A DNA stretch of 64,000 nt from Bdellovibrionales bacterium (GCA_964230645.1 CAXRHT010000002.1:192001-256000), one strand, 5' to 3'. Counted from the first letter of the stretch, positions 1 through 9,266 are shown. Made by a program: numbers and translations. The notes: generated by a model from the letters alone, not told the origin.

Positions 1-874
1 TTTTAACAAGCTTTGCCTGAGCCAATTGGTAACCAGCCAAAGGTTTAGTGAAAATAACTCGCTCTTTGGCGTAGTTAAGCGCCTCATGATAGCAAGTGTT
101 TGCCGCCCCAAGAACTCCCCAGGCAATCCCATAGCGAGCCTGTGTAAGGCAGCTAAGTGGGCCCTTTAGACCTTCCACTCCTGGCAGAATGGCATCTTCA
201 GGAACCACACAGTCCTGCATATGTAGCTCACTGGTGGTACTCACACGAAGGGAGAATTTTCCTTTCATCGTGGAGGTGCTAAATCCATCGGTTTTGGTTT
301 CAACAATAAAGCCACGCACCTTGCCATCAAGTTTGGCCCACACAATGGCGACATCGGAAACACAACCATTTGTGATCCACATTTTATTTCCGTTGAGTTT
401 GTAGCCACCATCGACTTTTTCAGCCGTTGTTAGCATTCCTCCTGGGTTAGATCCGGCGTCCGGCTCAGTGAGTCCAAAACAACCGATCATTTCTCCTTTG
501 GCAAGACGGGGAAGGTACTTATTTTTTTGCTCTTCAGAGCCAAAAGCATAAATAGGGTACATCACAAGAGAGCCCTGCACGGAGCAAAAAGAACGCACCC
601 CAGAATCTGCTCGTTCAAGCTCTTGCATCATGAGTCCATAGGAAACATCTCCTAATCCCGGGCAGTCGTAGCCTTTGATGGTGGGACCAAAGAGTCCAAG
701 TTCAGCAAACTGTGGAACAAGGTCCATAGGAAACTTTTCATCTCGGTGACATTCCTGAAGACGAGGAATGATCTCTTTTCCGGCGAATTCACGCACGGTG
801 TTTCGAACCATTAGCTCTTCTTCCGTTAGTAAGCTGTCAAAATCCATATAATTGAGCGATTCGTAAGCGGCCAT
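1..874 (-). CDS. gcdH: Glutaryl-CoA dehydrogenase-like acyl-CoA dehydrogenase (3' end outside window)
   Basis: Not in the ORF track; read manually from ATG at 874 (AGGAG upstream): MAAYESLNYMDFDSLLTEEELMVRNTVREFA...SYGLMMQELERADSGVRSFCSVQGSLVMYPIYAFGSEEQK...GCFGLTEPDAGSNPGGM...GNKMWITNG...ARYGIAWG. These are typical GCDH-subfamily motifs. Confidence 0.88.
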   Translation of the reverse strand, partial: MAAYESLNYMDFDSLLTEEELMVRNTVREFAGKEIIPRLQECHRDEKFPMDLVPQFAELGLFGPTIKGYDCPGLGDVSYGLMMQELERADSGVRSFCSVQGSLVMYPIYAFGSEEQKNKYLPRLAKGEMIGCFGLTEPDAGSNPGGMLTTAEKVDGGYKLNGNKMWITNGCVSDVAIVWAKLDGKVRGFIVETKTDGFSTSTMKGKFSLRVSTTSELHMQDCVVPEDAILPGVEGLKGPLSCLTQARYGIAWGVLGAANTCYHEALNYAKERVIFTKPLAGYQLAQAKLVK

Positions 875-1006
875 CAGAACTCCTTTTTGTGAGCATCGAT
901 CACATATTGCCATCTTACCAGAGATTTGAAAAAATAACGTGCTAGGCCCCTTTTGAGTATGCAGTGCAGTACGAAAAGGAGCCAGGCACCTAAGAGAGGA
1001 GTCGCT

Positions 1007-3217
1007 GTGAGTGCATTTAATCGCGCCGAGGTTGTAGACAAGAATTTTTTGAAGTCCGTTAAAGATCGGCATTTCCCAGAGGCCAAAACTCACTGGGAGT
1101 TTTCAGGCTCCTCACTCACGGGACCTGAACTGATTGACTTGTTTGAGACCCAAGTGATGAGTCGGCTCCTTGATCTTCGCGCTAGAGAACTTAAAAAAGA
1201 CAACCTTTGCTACTACACCATCGGCAGTGCTGGACATGAGGGCAATGCCGCTTTTGCCAAAGCCTTCAATCTCACTGACATGGCGTTTCTCCATTACCGC
1301 AGTGGAGCCTTTTATCTTCAGCGCGCCAAACAAAAAGGGGGGAGCACGCCTCTCTACGATATGCTCCTTTCTTTTATGGCCTCAAAAGAAGACCCCATCT
1401 CAGGGGGGCGTCATAAAGTTATTGGCCACAAAGACCTTTTTATCCCCCCTCAGACAAGTACGATTGCCTCGCATTTGCCAAAAGCTTTAGGAGCCGCACT
1501 TTCCATAAGTAAATCAAAAGATCTGGGACTTGAGCCTTATCTCCCACACGACAGCGTGGCTCTTTGTAGTTTCGGTGATGCTTCAGCCAATCATTCAACC
1601 GCCCTCGGTGCGATCAACACGGCCTCCTGGGTGGCCTACCAAAACATAAAACTTCCCCTGGTTTATTTTTGCGAAGACAATGGCCTTGGGATTTCTGTCA
1701 AAACTCCCAACGATTGGATTAAAAGAAATTTCTCCGATCGTCCAAGCCTTCTCTATTTAGAGTGTGACGGCTTGAACCTTATTGATGTTTACCAGACCTG
1801 TCGGCAGGCGGCCTCTTACGCTCGTAACCGCAAAAAGCCTGTTTTTATCCGCATGCGAACCATCCGCTTATTAGGGCATGCGGGCTCGGATGTGGAATCC
1901 AATTACCACAGTCTGACATTTATCAAGGACACCGAAAAAGACGATCCTCTTTTACATAGCGCGAGACTCCTTATTGAAAACAATCTTCTCTCCGCTGAGG
2001 AAATACTCAATCTTTATAAAAACATGAAAGCGCGTATTAAGCATGTCTCCGAGGAGGTGACTACCAGGAAACCTCTCAGTGACATCACTGAAATAGAGGC
2101 GAGCATCACCGCTTGTGATCACCCAAAAGAGCCCATGCCAGAATCAAGTCATGGGGATAGAGAAAAAATCTTTGATCGTGAATTCTCTAAGCTTGAAACC
2201 CCACAGCATATGGCAAAACTCATCAATTGGGGTCTAACGGACATCATGTTGCAGTACCCTCAGACCGTGGTTTTTGGTGAAGATGTGGCTCAAAAAGGCG
2301 GGGTTTATCACGTCACCGACAATTTAAAAAACCGCTTTCGCTCAAGAAGAGTTTTCAATTCCCCCCTTGATGAGCAGTCGATCCTTGGCACAGCGATTGG
2401 CTTAGCCCATAACAACTTCCTACCCATTCCTGAAATTCAATTCTTAGCTTACGTTCACAATGCCGAAGATCAGATAAGAGGGGAGGCGGCCACTCTCGCT
2501 TTCTTTTCTAAGGGACAATACACCAATCCCATGGTGATTCGTATAGCCGGTCTTGCTTACCAAAAAGGCTTTGGGGGTCATTTTCATAACGATAATTCAT
2601 TGGCTGTTTTTAGAGACATTCCAGGTCTTATTATCGCCGTTCCAAGCCACGGGGCCGACGCGGTAAAGATGCTACGCACCTGTGTGAAAATGGCCCACGA
2701 GCAGGGAAGAGTTTGTGTTTTTATTGAGCCCATTGCACTTTATATGACAAGAGACCTGCATGAAGAAGGCGATAAACTTTGGACTTTCGAGTATCCAAAG
2801 CCAGGCGAGGTGAGTGAATTAGGAGAATTTGAAGTCTATGGGAAAGGGGAGGTGGCTTTGATCACCTATGGAAACGGCACCTATTATTCCCTTCAGGCTC
2901 AAAAAGTATTAAAGGATCAACATAAGATTGATTGCGAAGTGATTGATCTTAAATGGATTGCACCGATTGATTATGAAAAATTAAAAGAGCAACTTAGAGG
3001 CAAAAAGAAAGTTCTGTTTGTCGAAGAGTGCCGAACCACCGGCTCACTGGCGGAATCGGTAGTGGCTCGATTAGCCGTTCTTAACACAGGGAGCGAGTTT
3101 AGAATCCACGGCGCCGCAGATTGTTTTATCCCACTGGGGCCTGCTGCCACAGCAGGCCTTCCCTCCAAAGAATCAATCGTTAAGGAAGTCTTAGATTTTA
3201 CCGGGAGTTCGAAATGA
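1007..3217 (+). CDS. Fused alpha/beta E1 of a TPP-dependent 2-oxoacid dehydrogenase
   Basis: YYTIGSAGHEG, TPP motif FGDAS...EDN, and beta-part motifs VFGEDVAQKGGVY, NSPLDEQSILG, EIQFLAY. GTG start at 1007 follows AGGAG; the ORF track starts at 953. Confidence 0.9.
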   Translation: MSAFNRAEVVDKNFLKSVKDRHFPEAKTHWEFSGSSLTGPELIDLFETQVMSRLLDLRARELKKDNLCYYTIGSAGHEGNAAFAKAFNLTDMAFLHYRSGAFYLQRAKQKGGSTPLYDMLLSFMASKEDPISGGRHKVIGHKDLFIPPQTSTIASHLPKALGAALSISKSKDLGLEPYLPHDSVALCSFGDASANHSTALGAINTASWVAYQNIKLPLVYFCEDNGLGISVKTPNDWIKRNFSDRPSLLYLECDGLNLIDVYQTCRQAASYARNRKKPVFIRMRTIRLLGHAGSDVESNYHSLTFIKDTEKDDPLLHSARLLIENNLLSAEEILNLYKNMKARIKHVSEEVTTRKPLSDITEIEASITACDHPKEPMPESSHGDREKIFDREFSKLETPQHMAKLINWGLTDIMLQYPQTVVFGEDVAQKGGVYHVTDNLKNRFRSRRVFNSPLDEQSILGTAIGLAHNNFLPIPEIQFLAYVHNAEDQIRGEAATLAFFSKGQYTNPMVIRIAGLAYQKGFGGHFHNDNSLAVFRDIPGLIIAVPSHGADAVKMLRTCVKMAHEQGRVCVFIEPIALYMTRDLHEEGDKLWTFEYPKPGEVSELGEFEVYGKGEVALITYGNGTYYSLQAQKVLKDQHKIDCEVIDLKWIAPIDYEKLKEQLRGKKKVLFVEECRTTGSLAESVVARLAVLNTGSEFRIHGAADCFIPLGPAATAGLPSKESIVKEVLDFTGSSK

Positions 3218-4221
3218 GTAAAAAAAGAATCGTCGTAGTCTGTCCTGGAAGAGGTTCATACACCAAAGAAAATCTAGGCACCCTCATTGATAGAACGTCC
3301 ATGAAAGAAGAACTTAGACTTCTTGATGAAGAAAGAACAAGGCTCAATTATCCCTCACTGAGTGAACTCGATGGGGCCGAAAAGTTTAAAACTTCAGTAC
3401 ACACAAAAGGGGAGCATGCCTCTCCTCTAATTTATGCTTGCAGTAAAGCCGACTTTTTAGAGATCAATCGAGAGGATTACGAAGTGGTCGCCATCGCCGG
3501 AAACTCCATGGGATGGTATTTAACTCTAGCTTTCTCAGGCGTCCTTGATGAACTCGACTCCTATCGCTTAATACAAACTATGGGCTCAATGATGGAAGAG
3601 GGACTCATTGGCGGACAAGTCATTTACCCAATTATCGATAAAACCTGGAACATTGACCCTAAAAAAGAAAAGCTTATTAGCAATATTTTAAAAGAAATCA
3701 ATGAAAGACAGGAGTGCGAGGTTTTTGTCTCCATCCACTTAGGAGGCTATAAAGTTCTTGCAGGTAACAAAGAGGGCGTAAAACAACTTCTAGAAAAACT
3801 CCCCAAACAAGAAAACTACCCCTTCCAACTGGTCAACCACGGCGCTTTTCACACCCCTCTATTAAAGGACATCTCAGAAAAAGCCGAACACGGCCTATAC
3901 CAATTAAAATTCAGCAAACCTAAAGTTCCCATAATTGATGGCGAAGGAAAAATCTGGCAACCCTATTCCACTGATCTAAAAAACCTTTACGATTACACCT
4001 TAAAAACCCAGGTCCTTGAAACCTACAATTTCACTAAATCCATAGAAGTCGCCCTAAAAGAATTCGCCCCCGACCACCTGGTCCTATTAGGCCCCGGCAA
4101 TTCTTTAGGAGGAGCCATCGGCCAAATCATGGTCCAAAACCAATGGAAAGGAATAAAAACAAAAGAGGACTTCTCAAACCTACAGCTAAAAAAACCTTTT
4201 CTTATCTCACTGGGGTTATAA
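3214..4221 (+). CDS. FabD/ACP S-malonyltransferase-like acyltransferase
   Basis: CPGRGS (cf. FPGQGS), GNSMG nucleophile motif (cf. GHSxG), GAFHTP. ATGA start overlaps the E1 stop region. Confidence 0.8.
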   Translation: MSKKRIVVVCPGRGSYTKENLGTLIDRTSMKEELRLLDEERTRLNYPSLSELDGAEKFKTSVHTKGEHASPLIYACSKADFLEINREDYEVVAIAGNSMGWYLTLAFSGVLDELDSYRLIQTMGSMMEEGLIGGQVIYPIIDKTWNIDPKKEKLISNILKEINERQECEVFVSIHLGGYKVLAGNKEGVKQLLEKLPKQENYPFQLVNHGAFHTPLLKDISEKAEHGLYQLKFSKPKVPIIDGEGKIWQPYSTDLKNLYDYTLKTQVLETYNFTKSIEVALKEFAPDHLVLLGPGNSLGGAIGQIMVQNQWKGIKTKEDFSNLQLKKPFLISLGL

Positions 4222-4254
4222 ACAAGAACAAAGACAAACCTAAGAAATCTTCTA

Positions 4255-4440
4255 GAATCATTTTGTCATCTTTTGAAATCTTGGATATGGGAAAGTTATA
4301 CCGCAGGCTCGAGCAACGAGCGCTGCGTATCTTGGGTTGCAGCACGAAGTGATGCAATCCGGGAGACGAAGTGCACCCGCTTGCATGCCTGAGGGATAGC
4401 TTTCCCATATCCAAGATTTCAAAAGATGACAAAATGATTC
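4255..4440. repeat. Long hairpin / MITE-like element with 41-bp perfect terminal inverted repeats
   Basis: GAATCATTTTGTCATCTTTTGAAATCTTGGATATGGGAAAG (4255-4295) is the exact reverse complement of 4400-4440. The interior is also an imperfect palindrome. It lies between convergent genes. Confidence 0.9.
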
Positions 4441-4443
4441 GGG

Positions 4444-4800
4444 TTACTTGCACCCAGGCAGGTCAAAGCGCTCGATACGCTTTTTCGTGCAGTAGCCTCT
4501 AGGATCTTTGGAGTTGTAATCAAGAAACATGACTTCCAATTTACCAGCCACGACCTTCATATAATTGATCCCGCAGTATTTCTTAGAAAACACAGCCACC
4601 TTGTTATTTTTAGAGCAAATAAGGTGAGCTTTCACATTATTAGGACGTTGAATGGGCTCTCCGAGGTATTTAGACTCAGCTTTAATCATTTTGCCTTGAG
4701 GGGCCTTCACACTCCATTGACGATCCTTGAAAAAACCATTGGGATCATCTTCAAGAGTAAAAATAAAAGGAAAAAGAATTAAGAGGATTATTTGCATCAT
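4444..4800 (-). CDS. Small secreted hypothetical protein (4 Cys)
   Basis: Hydrophobic N-terminus; ATGA overlap with the upstream peptidase-like gene. Confidence 0.65.
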   Translation of the reverse strand: MMQIILLILFPFIFTLEDDPNGFFKDRQWSVKAPQGKMIKAESKYLGEPIQRPNNVKAHLICSKNNKVAVFSKKYCGINYMKVVAGKLEVMFLDYNSKDPRGYCTKKRIERFDLPGCK

Positions 4801-5519
4801 GTTCCTCCTGTGTTACCGCGAGGGGAGGGGCAAGATAAGTGTAAATGGTCATTATGAAGATGATTGTTCGGCTCTTCAGACCCCTGACAGGAGATCATCC
4901 CCTTACAGGTGGGATCTTTAGGTCCCTCGTATTCTTTCACTTTGTCTCTCCAACAGGCGACAAACTTATCATAGGCTTCACGATTATTGGCACGCCCCTG
5001 TTTGGATAAATCCATACTCAACTGCGAACCATCACTTTTGCGACATTTAATACCAAAAAGATCGAGAGCATCTCCTGAGCTATGACGGCTCGGAGAGCCT
5101 GGTCCATCCGGGGTATTTTTCTTTCTTTTCGCATGTCCACCCACACCACAGAATCTCACAGCACTGTGACAACCCATCTCTTCCACACATTCCCTGATCC
5201 ATGCATCAATAAAATTGGCGCACTCCTGGGAGACCCGTGGGCCATTACTTTCTGGGGTAGGAGTTTCATCGCATCCATCTTCACAGAAGGCAATTTTCCG
5301 CTGAGCGGGATCATTATCATGGCATTGTAGTTCAAATCCTGGCAGAGGAGCTCCCTCATAACTATCCAACCTTACAAACGCGTTGGTACCGATATTTTCA
5401 AAATCACGATTGGTAAAGTCGATTCTTTCAGAAGAGGAGTTTCCCTGAGTGGTTTCAGCCATCCCTATGTAGGAGTAACCAAGGCCTAGAATTATCAATA
5501 AAGGGAATAAATATCTCAC
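4797..5519 (-). CDS. Secreted extensin-like / M15 (LAS-type) metallopeptidase-fold protein
   Basis: Signal peptide; SRHSSGDALD (H-x6-D) and HNDHLHL (HxH) metal motifs; several Cys. Confidence 0.7.
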   Translation of the reverse strand: MRYLFPLLIILGLGYSYIGMAETTQGNSSSERIDFTNRDFENIGTNAFVRLDSYEGAPLPGFELQCHDNDPAQRKIAFCEDGCDETPTPESNGPRVSQECANFIDAWIRECVEEMGCHSAVRFCGVGGHAKRKKNTPDGPGSPSRHSSGDALDLFGIKCRKSDGSQLSMDLSKQGRANNREAYDKFVACWRDKVKEYEGPKDPTCKGMISCQGSEEPNNHLHNDHLHLSCPSPRGNTGGT

Positions 5520-5739
5520 AACCTCAACAATATCGCCTTAGGGGCTGTTTTGTAACGGTTTCCTTCTATTTTTTCATTTTTATGTTTCAAATAGAGATCA
5601 AGGTCTAGTTAGGTTTTGATCAATTCGCACTTATTTCATGTAAGTTCTTACAAAGGCTCGCCACTGGCCTGACAGAAAAGGTCCAATTTGTTAATGCCAG
5701 TGGTGGACAAGTGTTCTTAAGCTGTTACCCTTTTGCTCT

Positions 5740-6354
5740 ATGGAAACAGCACATTTTACATCCATTCAAACAGAAAAAGACCTCTCCCTCTTCAAGCATC
5801 TGGCAGGGCATTATGTAGGCGTTGATCTTCCGATGAGTTACCTCGAGGATGCTCTCGTAATCGCTTTAAAGGACAAATTTGATGACCGCCTTTATGGTGG
5901 CTTTGTTATGTCTTATAACGGCAATATACGTTGCCTAGAGCAGCTTCCTGAGACCATTCAAAAGCATCATGATTTGATCCGTAAAAACAGAGATCATTGC
6001 TTTGAAATCAATGGTCTATGGCTTGATAAAAAGGCCGCCCCTCAGGGCTCACGCCTTCAGCTTTATCTTGAATGCATGAAGCAATCCATTCGATTAGGCC
6101 TTAAGGGAAAGCACAAATACGTTTACGCCTACAGTTCTGATAATCATAAGTTGCGCCAGTTTTACAAAAACTTTAACTCTTGGAAGATTTACGAAGGGCC
6201 GGTAAGACCACTGCCTGGCTGTGAAAATCCGGGTTCAGAAGTGGTGGAAATGGGCTGTATGAAACGTCTGCCTCTAACAGTTCTTAGAAACCCAAACTTT
6301 TTGGTGGACCGTGCCTTTAATCGCACCAGCCGAAAACTCAAATGGATCAGCTAA
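5740..6354 (+). CDS. Hypothetical protein, possible GNAT-fold
   Basis: 204-aa ORF; FEINGLWL and YVYAYS...LRQFY pattern loosely resemble GNAT motifs. Confidence 0.5.
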   Translation: METAHFTSIQTEKDLSLFKHLAGHYVGVDLPMSYLEDALVIALKDKFDDRLYGGFVMSYNGNIRCLEQLPETIQKHHDLIRKNRDHCFEINGLWLDKKAAPQGSRLQLYLECMKQSIRLGLKGKHKYVYAYSSDNHKLRQFYKNFNSWKIYEGPVRPLPGCENPGSEVVEMGCMKRLPLTVLRNPNFLVDRAFNRTSRKLKWIS

Positions 6355-6358
6355 AACC

Positions 6359-7528
6359 ATGACTCAAACACTCAATGATCTTCTGACAAACTTTTCAAGA
6401 ATCACTCAGGCCACCCCTGTGGATAGCCAAGAGATTTTAGATCTTAGTGCACGAGTGCAAATGCTGACAGAATCAGGAGGTCTAAAATTTGACCGCAATC
6501 CTGACTTTTTTGCTCTGTCTAAAATTCAAGGGGAGCGCAGCTACACCTTCCTTTTTCGAAACTCCGATGGCAGCCTCAAGGGTTATGGCTGCATCTCTAT
6601 TACTCCAATGCTGGTCAAAGGTAAAAAACAGTATTTGGGATATACGAGTGATTTGCGTTTTTCTCCAGATATGGAGAAAGAGACGAAAATTCAGTTCTAT
6701 CAATTTTACGAAACCTTGATTAGGGAATTTAAAAATATCAAGGAGCTTAACTCCTGCGAGTACATTATCTCTAGTATTCTTGACGGCAATGCGGCCGCAA
6801 AAAGTGTTATGGTGAAGAAAAAGGGGCAAAACAAAGGACAACTCATCCATCGTCCCTTCTACTCCTATACTAGCATTAATGTGATCGGAGCCCTTCCTCT
6901 AAGCTCCACGAAAACTTTTGTGCAAAAGGGTAGTGAGAGTGTTAAAGACGAAATTCTCGATTTTTTAACTGCCTCTGAGGGGCAGGAAATCACTTGGACG
7001 AAAGATGAAATCCTACGTCGACAGAAAAATCATGATTTTTCATGGGAAGATTTCTTGCTGATCAGAAACTCCAGAGGAGAGATTAAGGCTTGTTGCACAG
7101 TTCTTAGTGATTTTCGCTACCGCAAGGCTAATGTCGCAAACCTCACCCCAAGTATTCGCTTAAGCCAGTGGGTGGCTTCCGCTCTTGGACGGCCGAAAAT
7201 AAAAGAAAACAAACCCCTTCGCCTAGGTTATGTGAGTTTCTTAAAGATTAAGGAAAAAGACTTAAGCCGACGGGCCGAAATTCTCAAACAATTCTTTAAA
7301 GCTATCTATAAAGAAGAGTCCCGATTACCAAAATCCGAAAGGTTTCATTCTATCACTGTGCATGAGCCCACAAGCTTTAATATGGGAAGGCGTCTGTTAA
7401 AAAAAGGATTTTTAAATGTGGAGCTTCCCGCCACTCTTTATCAAGTGATCCACGAGACTGAACTTAAAGACGAAAATAAAATCAAAAAAAGTGCTAAAAG
7501 ACCCGACTTTGACATCGTCTTTCATTGA
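6359..7528 (+). CDS. GNAT-like acyltransferase
   Basis: RNPDFFAL, GYGCISI and LGYTSDLRF motifs; ATG 4 nt after the previous stop. Confidence 0.55.
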   Translation: MTQTLNDLLTNFSRITQATPVDSQEILDLSARVQMLTESGGLKFDRNPDFFALSKIQGERSYTFLFRNSDGSLKGYGCISITPMLVKGKKQYLGYTSDLRFSPDMEKETKIQFYQFYETLIREFKNIKELNSCEYIISSILDGNAAAKSVMVKKKGQNKGQLIHRPFYSYTSINVIGALPLSSTKTFVQKGSESVKDEILDFLTASEGQEITWTKDEILRRQKNHDFSWEDFLLIRNSRGEIKACCTVLSDFRYRKANVANLTPSIRLSQWVASALGRPKIKENKPLRLGYVSFLKIKEKDLSRRAEILKQFFKAIYKEESRLPKSERFHSITVHEPTSFNMGRRLLKKGFLNVELPATLYQVIHETELKDENKIKKSAKRPDFDIVFH

Positions 7529-7719
7529 CGTTTATTGTTACTCTGCCTTGTAAAAGGCGTTTTTTCTCAGCTTGAGACAGACCCCAAAATCTTTAATTAA
7601 TTTTAAGACCTTACGAGAGTCTTATCCCGTAAAAGTCTTTGCAGTAGAGTCTCCTAAGCATTGTTTCATTCTGAATCAATGTTTTTTAACCTCCTCTTTT
7701 TATTCATAAAAAAAGCCGC

Positions 7720-7735
7720 TGGCACAGCCCTTGCT
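7720..7735 (+). promoter_or_regulatory. sigma54 -24/-12 promoter
   Basis: TGGCAC-AGCCC-TTGCT, an exact consensus about 45 bp before the ATG at 7782. Confidence 0.75.
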
Positions 7736-7781
7736 CTTTAAAGGGGTGTTGAGAGAAATTTTTATCCCTAAGGGGGGAATT

Positions 7782-9209
7782 ATGAAAAACATAGCAGGAA
7801 AGCTTAAAAACATTGTTTTATTTATCAGTTTTGGAACCATGTCAGGTTGTGGAGCTCTTTTTGAAGGACTCAGCCAGGACGCCAATTTCGCCACTTATAA
7901 TGCGATTCACTCCGAAGCCGAAAATCAATTTATAGGTAACGACTCTGTTGACGGTGGACTTTTCGGTGACGAATCGGAAAGAAATATCGACGCTCCGAAA
8001 ATTGATGACCAATCAGAAACTAACAATGGTCAACCTCGAGTGACTGTGGATATTCCGCCCATTCGAGAGCCTGAGCTCTTACCCGAAACTCTTGAAATCA
8101 GCATGACCCCAAAGTCAATTTGCCAGGCCGGAGAGGTCGATGCCATTCGACTCTCTATGCATTGCTACCCGGATTTTCCATTAATTTTAACTAGAAAAGA
8201 TAGCACTGGTGAAACTATTATTGAAAACTTTGGTTCACAAGCTAGTAATGGTGAAGGTGGCCGTGAAGAGGCCATCCGCAGACTACGCAGTAACGACTGG
8301 ACAAGTGAAATCACTGGTTATGAATTTGATCTTTTTCTTTGCTTAGACAGTAATGGTGATAACAGCTGTATGGATGAGCAAGTGATGGATCTGAACCAAA
8401 TGAACGCGGATTTACTTTTATCTATCTTGAACTTTAATAAAATCAATAAAGGCAACAAAGTGGCTGAGAGAAGACAGTCTCTGAACCAAATTTGCTCTAA
8501 TGAAGTGATGAAAAAGGTAGAAAACGGTCTTGTTTTTTATCACCAGAGTTTTCTAGACTCCACTCAGGAAGATGTCATCAGTGCGGCTCGTTTGAATATT
8601 CATGACTTGACCGCTGACCGCATGGCTGAGTTCGTTAAAAACTTTAATGAAGAAACGCAAGTCATGGAATTCGAAACAGGGACCTCGGTTTCTTTTTCTC
8701 TAGTAGAAGCTGACAAAAACGCTTGTGATAAAATCGACAAAAGAATCCATGGTTGTTATGTCTCCGGAACAACGGTCCATATCTCTGAAGAAAACACTAT
8801 GCCGATTGAAGAGCTTCAGGTCGGATACCCAATCCTTCGAGCTAACGGAACGGTAACCAAGATCGCTAAGGTTGTGAAAGGTCCTGAGGAGAAAAAAGTC
8901 ATAAAACTAAAACTGGCATCCGATGAAACTGTAACCTTAACCGAAAATCACCCAGTTCACACTAAAACAGGAATCGTGCTCGCTAAAGACCTTGAAGAAG
9001 GACAAAGACTTCTCAACAAAAAAGGGGAGTGGCAAATTCTAACCAGTCTCACTAAAGAGAGTTACCATGGACTTGTTTACAATATTGAACTTGAGGGAAG
9101 CTCCAAAGTTGAGGACCATCTTCTCTACAGTGGTGGTATTGTTACTGGAGACCTTTACCTGCAAAATAAAGACAATTCAGAAAAAAAGAACTTAGCTTTG
9201 ACGAAATAA
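7782..9209 (+). CDS. Lipoprotein with C-terminal Hint (hedgehog/intein-like) domain
   Basis: Lipobox-like MSG|C; Hint block A G|CYVSGT (Cys codon at 8754), block B TENH, block F VYNI; no terminal His-Asn. Confidence 0.8.
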   Translation: MKNIAGKLKNIVLFISFGTMSGCGALFEGLSQDANFATYNAIHSEAENQFIGNDSVDGGLFGDESERNIDAPKIDDQSETNNGQPRVTVDIPPIREPELLPETLEISMTPKSICQAGEVDAIRLSMHCYPDFPLILTRKDSTGETIIENFGSQASNGEGGREEAIRRLRSNDWTSEITGYEFDLFLCLDSNGDNSCMDEQVMDLNQMNADLLLSILNFNKINKGNKVAERRQSLNQICSNEVMKKVENGLVFYHQSFLDSTQEDVISAARLNIHDLTADRMAEFVKNFNEETQVMEFETGTSVSFSLVEADKNACDKIDKRIHGCYVSGTTVHISEENTMPIEELQVGYPILRANGTVTKIAKVVKGPEEKKVIKLKLASDETVTLTENHPVHTKTGIVLAKDLEEGQRLLNKKGEWQILTSLTKESYHGLVYNIELEGSSKVEDHLLYSGGIVTGDLYLQNKDNSEKKNLALTK

Positions 9210-9236
9210 ATTCTTTGAACTAACAGAAGAGTTGAA

Positions 9237-9266
9237 GAGCCCGTTTTTTAAATCGGGCTTTTTTTT
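9237..9266. terminator. Intrinsic terminator between convergent genes
   Basis: AGCCCG...CGGGCT stem followed by a T run. Confidence 0.7.

Noticed and set aside
189..1086. ORFs 189-404 and 874-1086, and the many other 60-140-aa ORFs nested in or antisense to long genes
   Set aside because: Shadow ORFs of well-supported genes with no recognisable motifs.
4143..4453. Short ORFs 4143-4352 and 4202-4453 sharing RIILSSFEILDMGKL
   Set aside because: Artefact of reading the two arms of the inverted repeat.
8754..9209. Hint domain as a true intein
   Set aside because: No C-terminal His-Asn followed by Cys/Ser/Thr, no endonuclease domain and no real C-extein.
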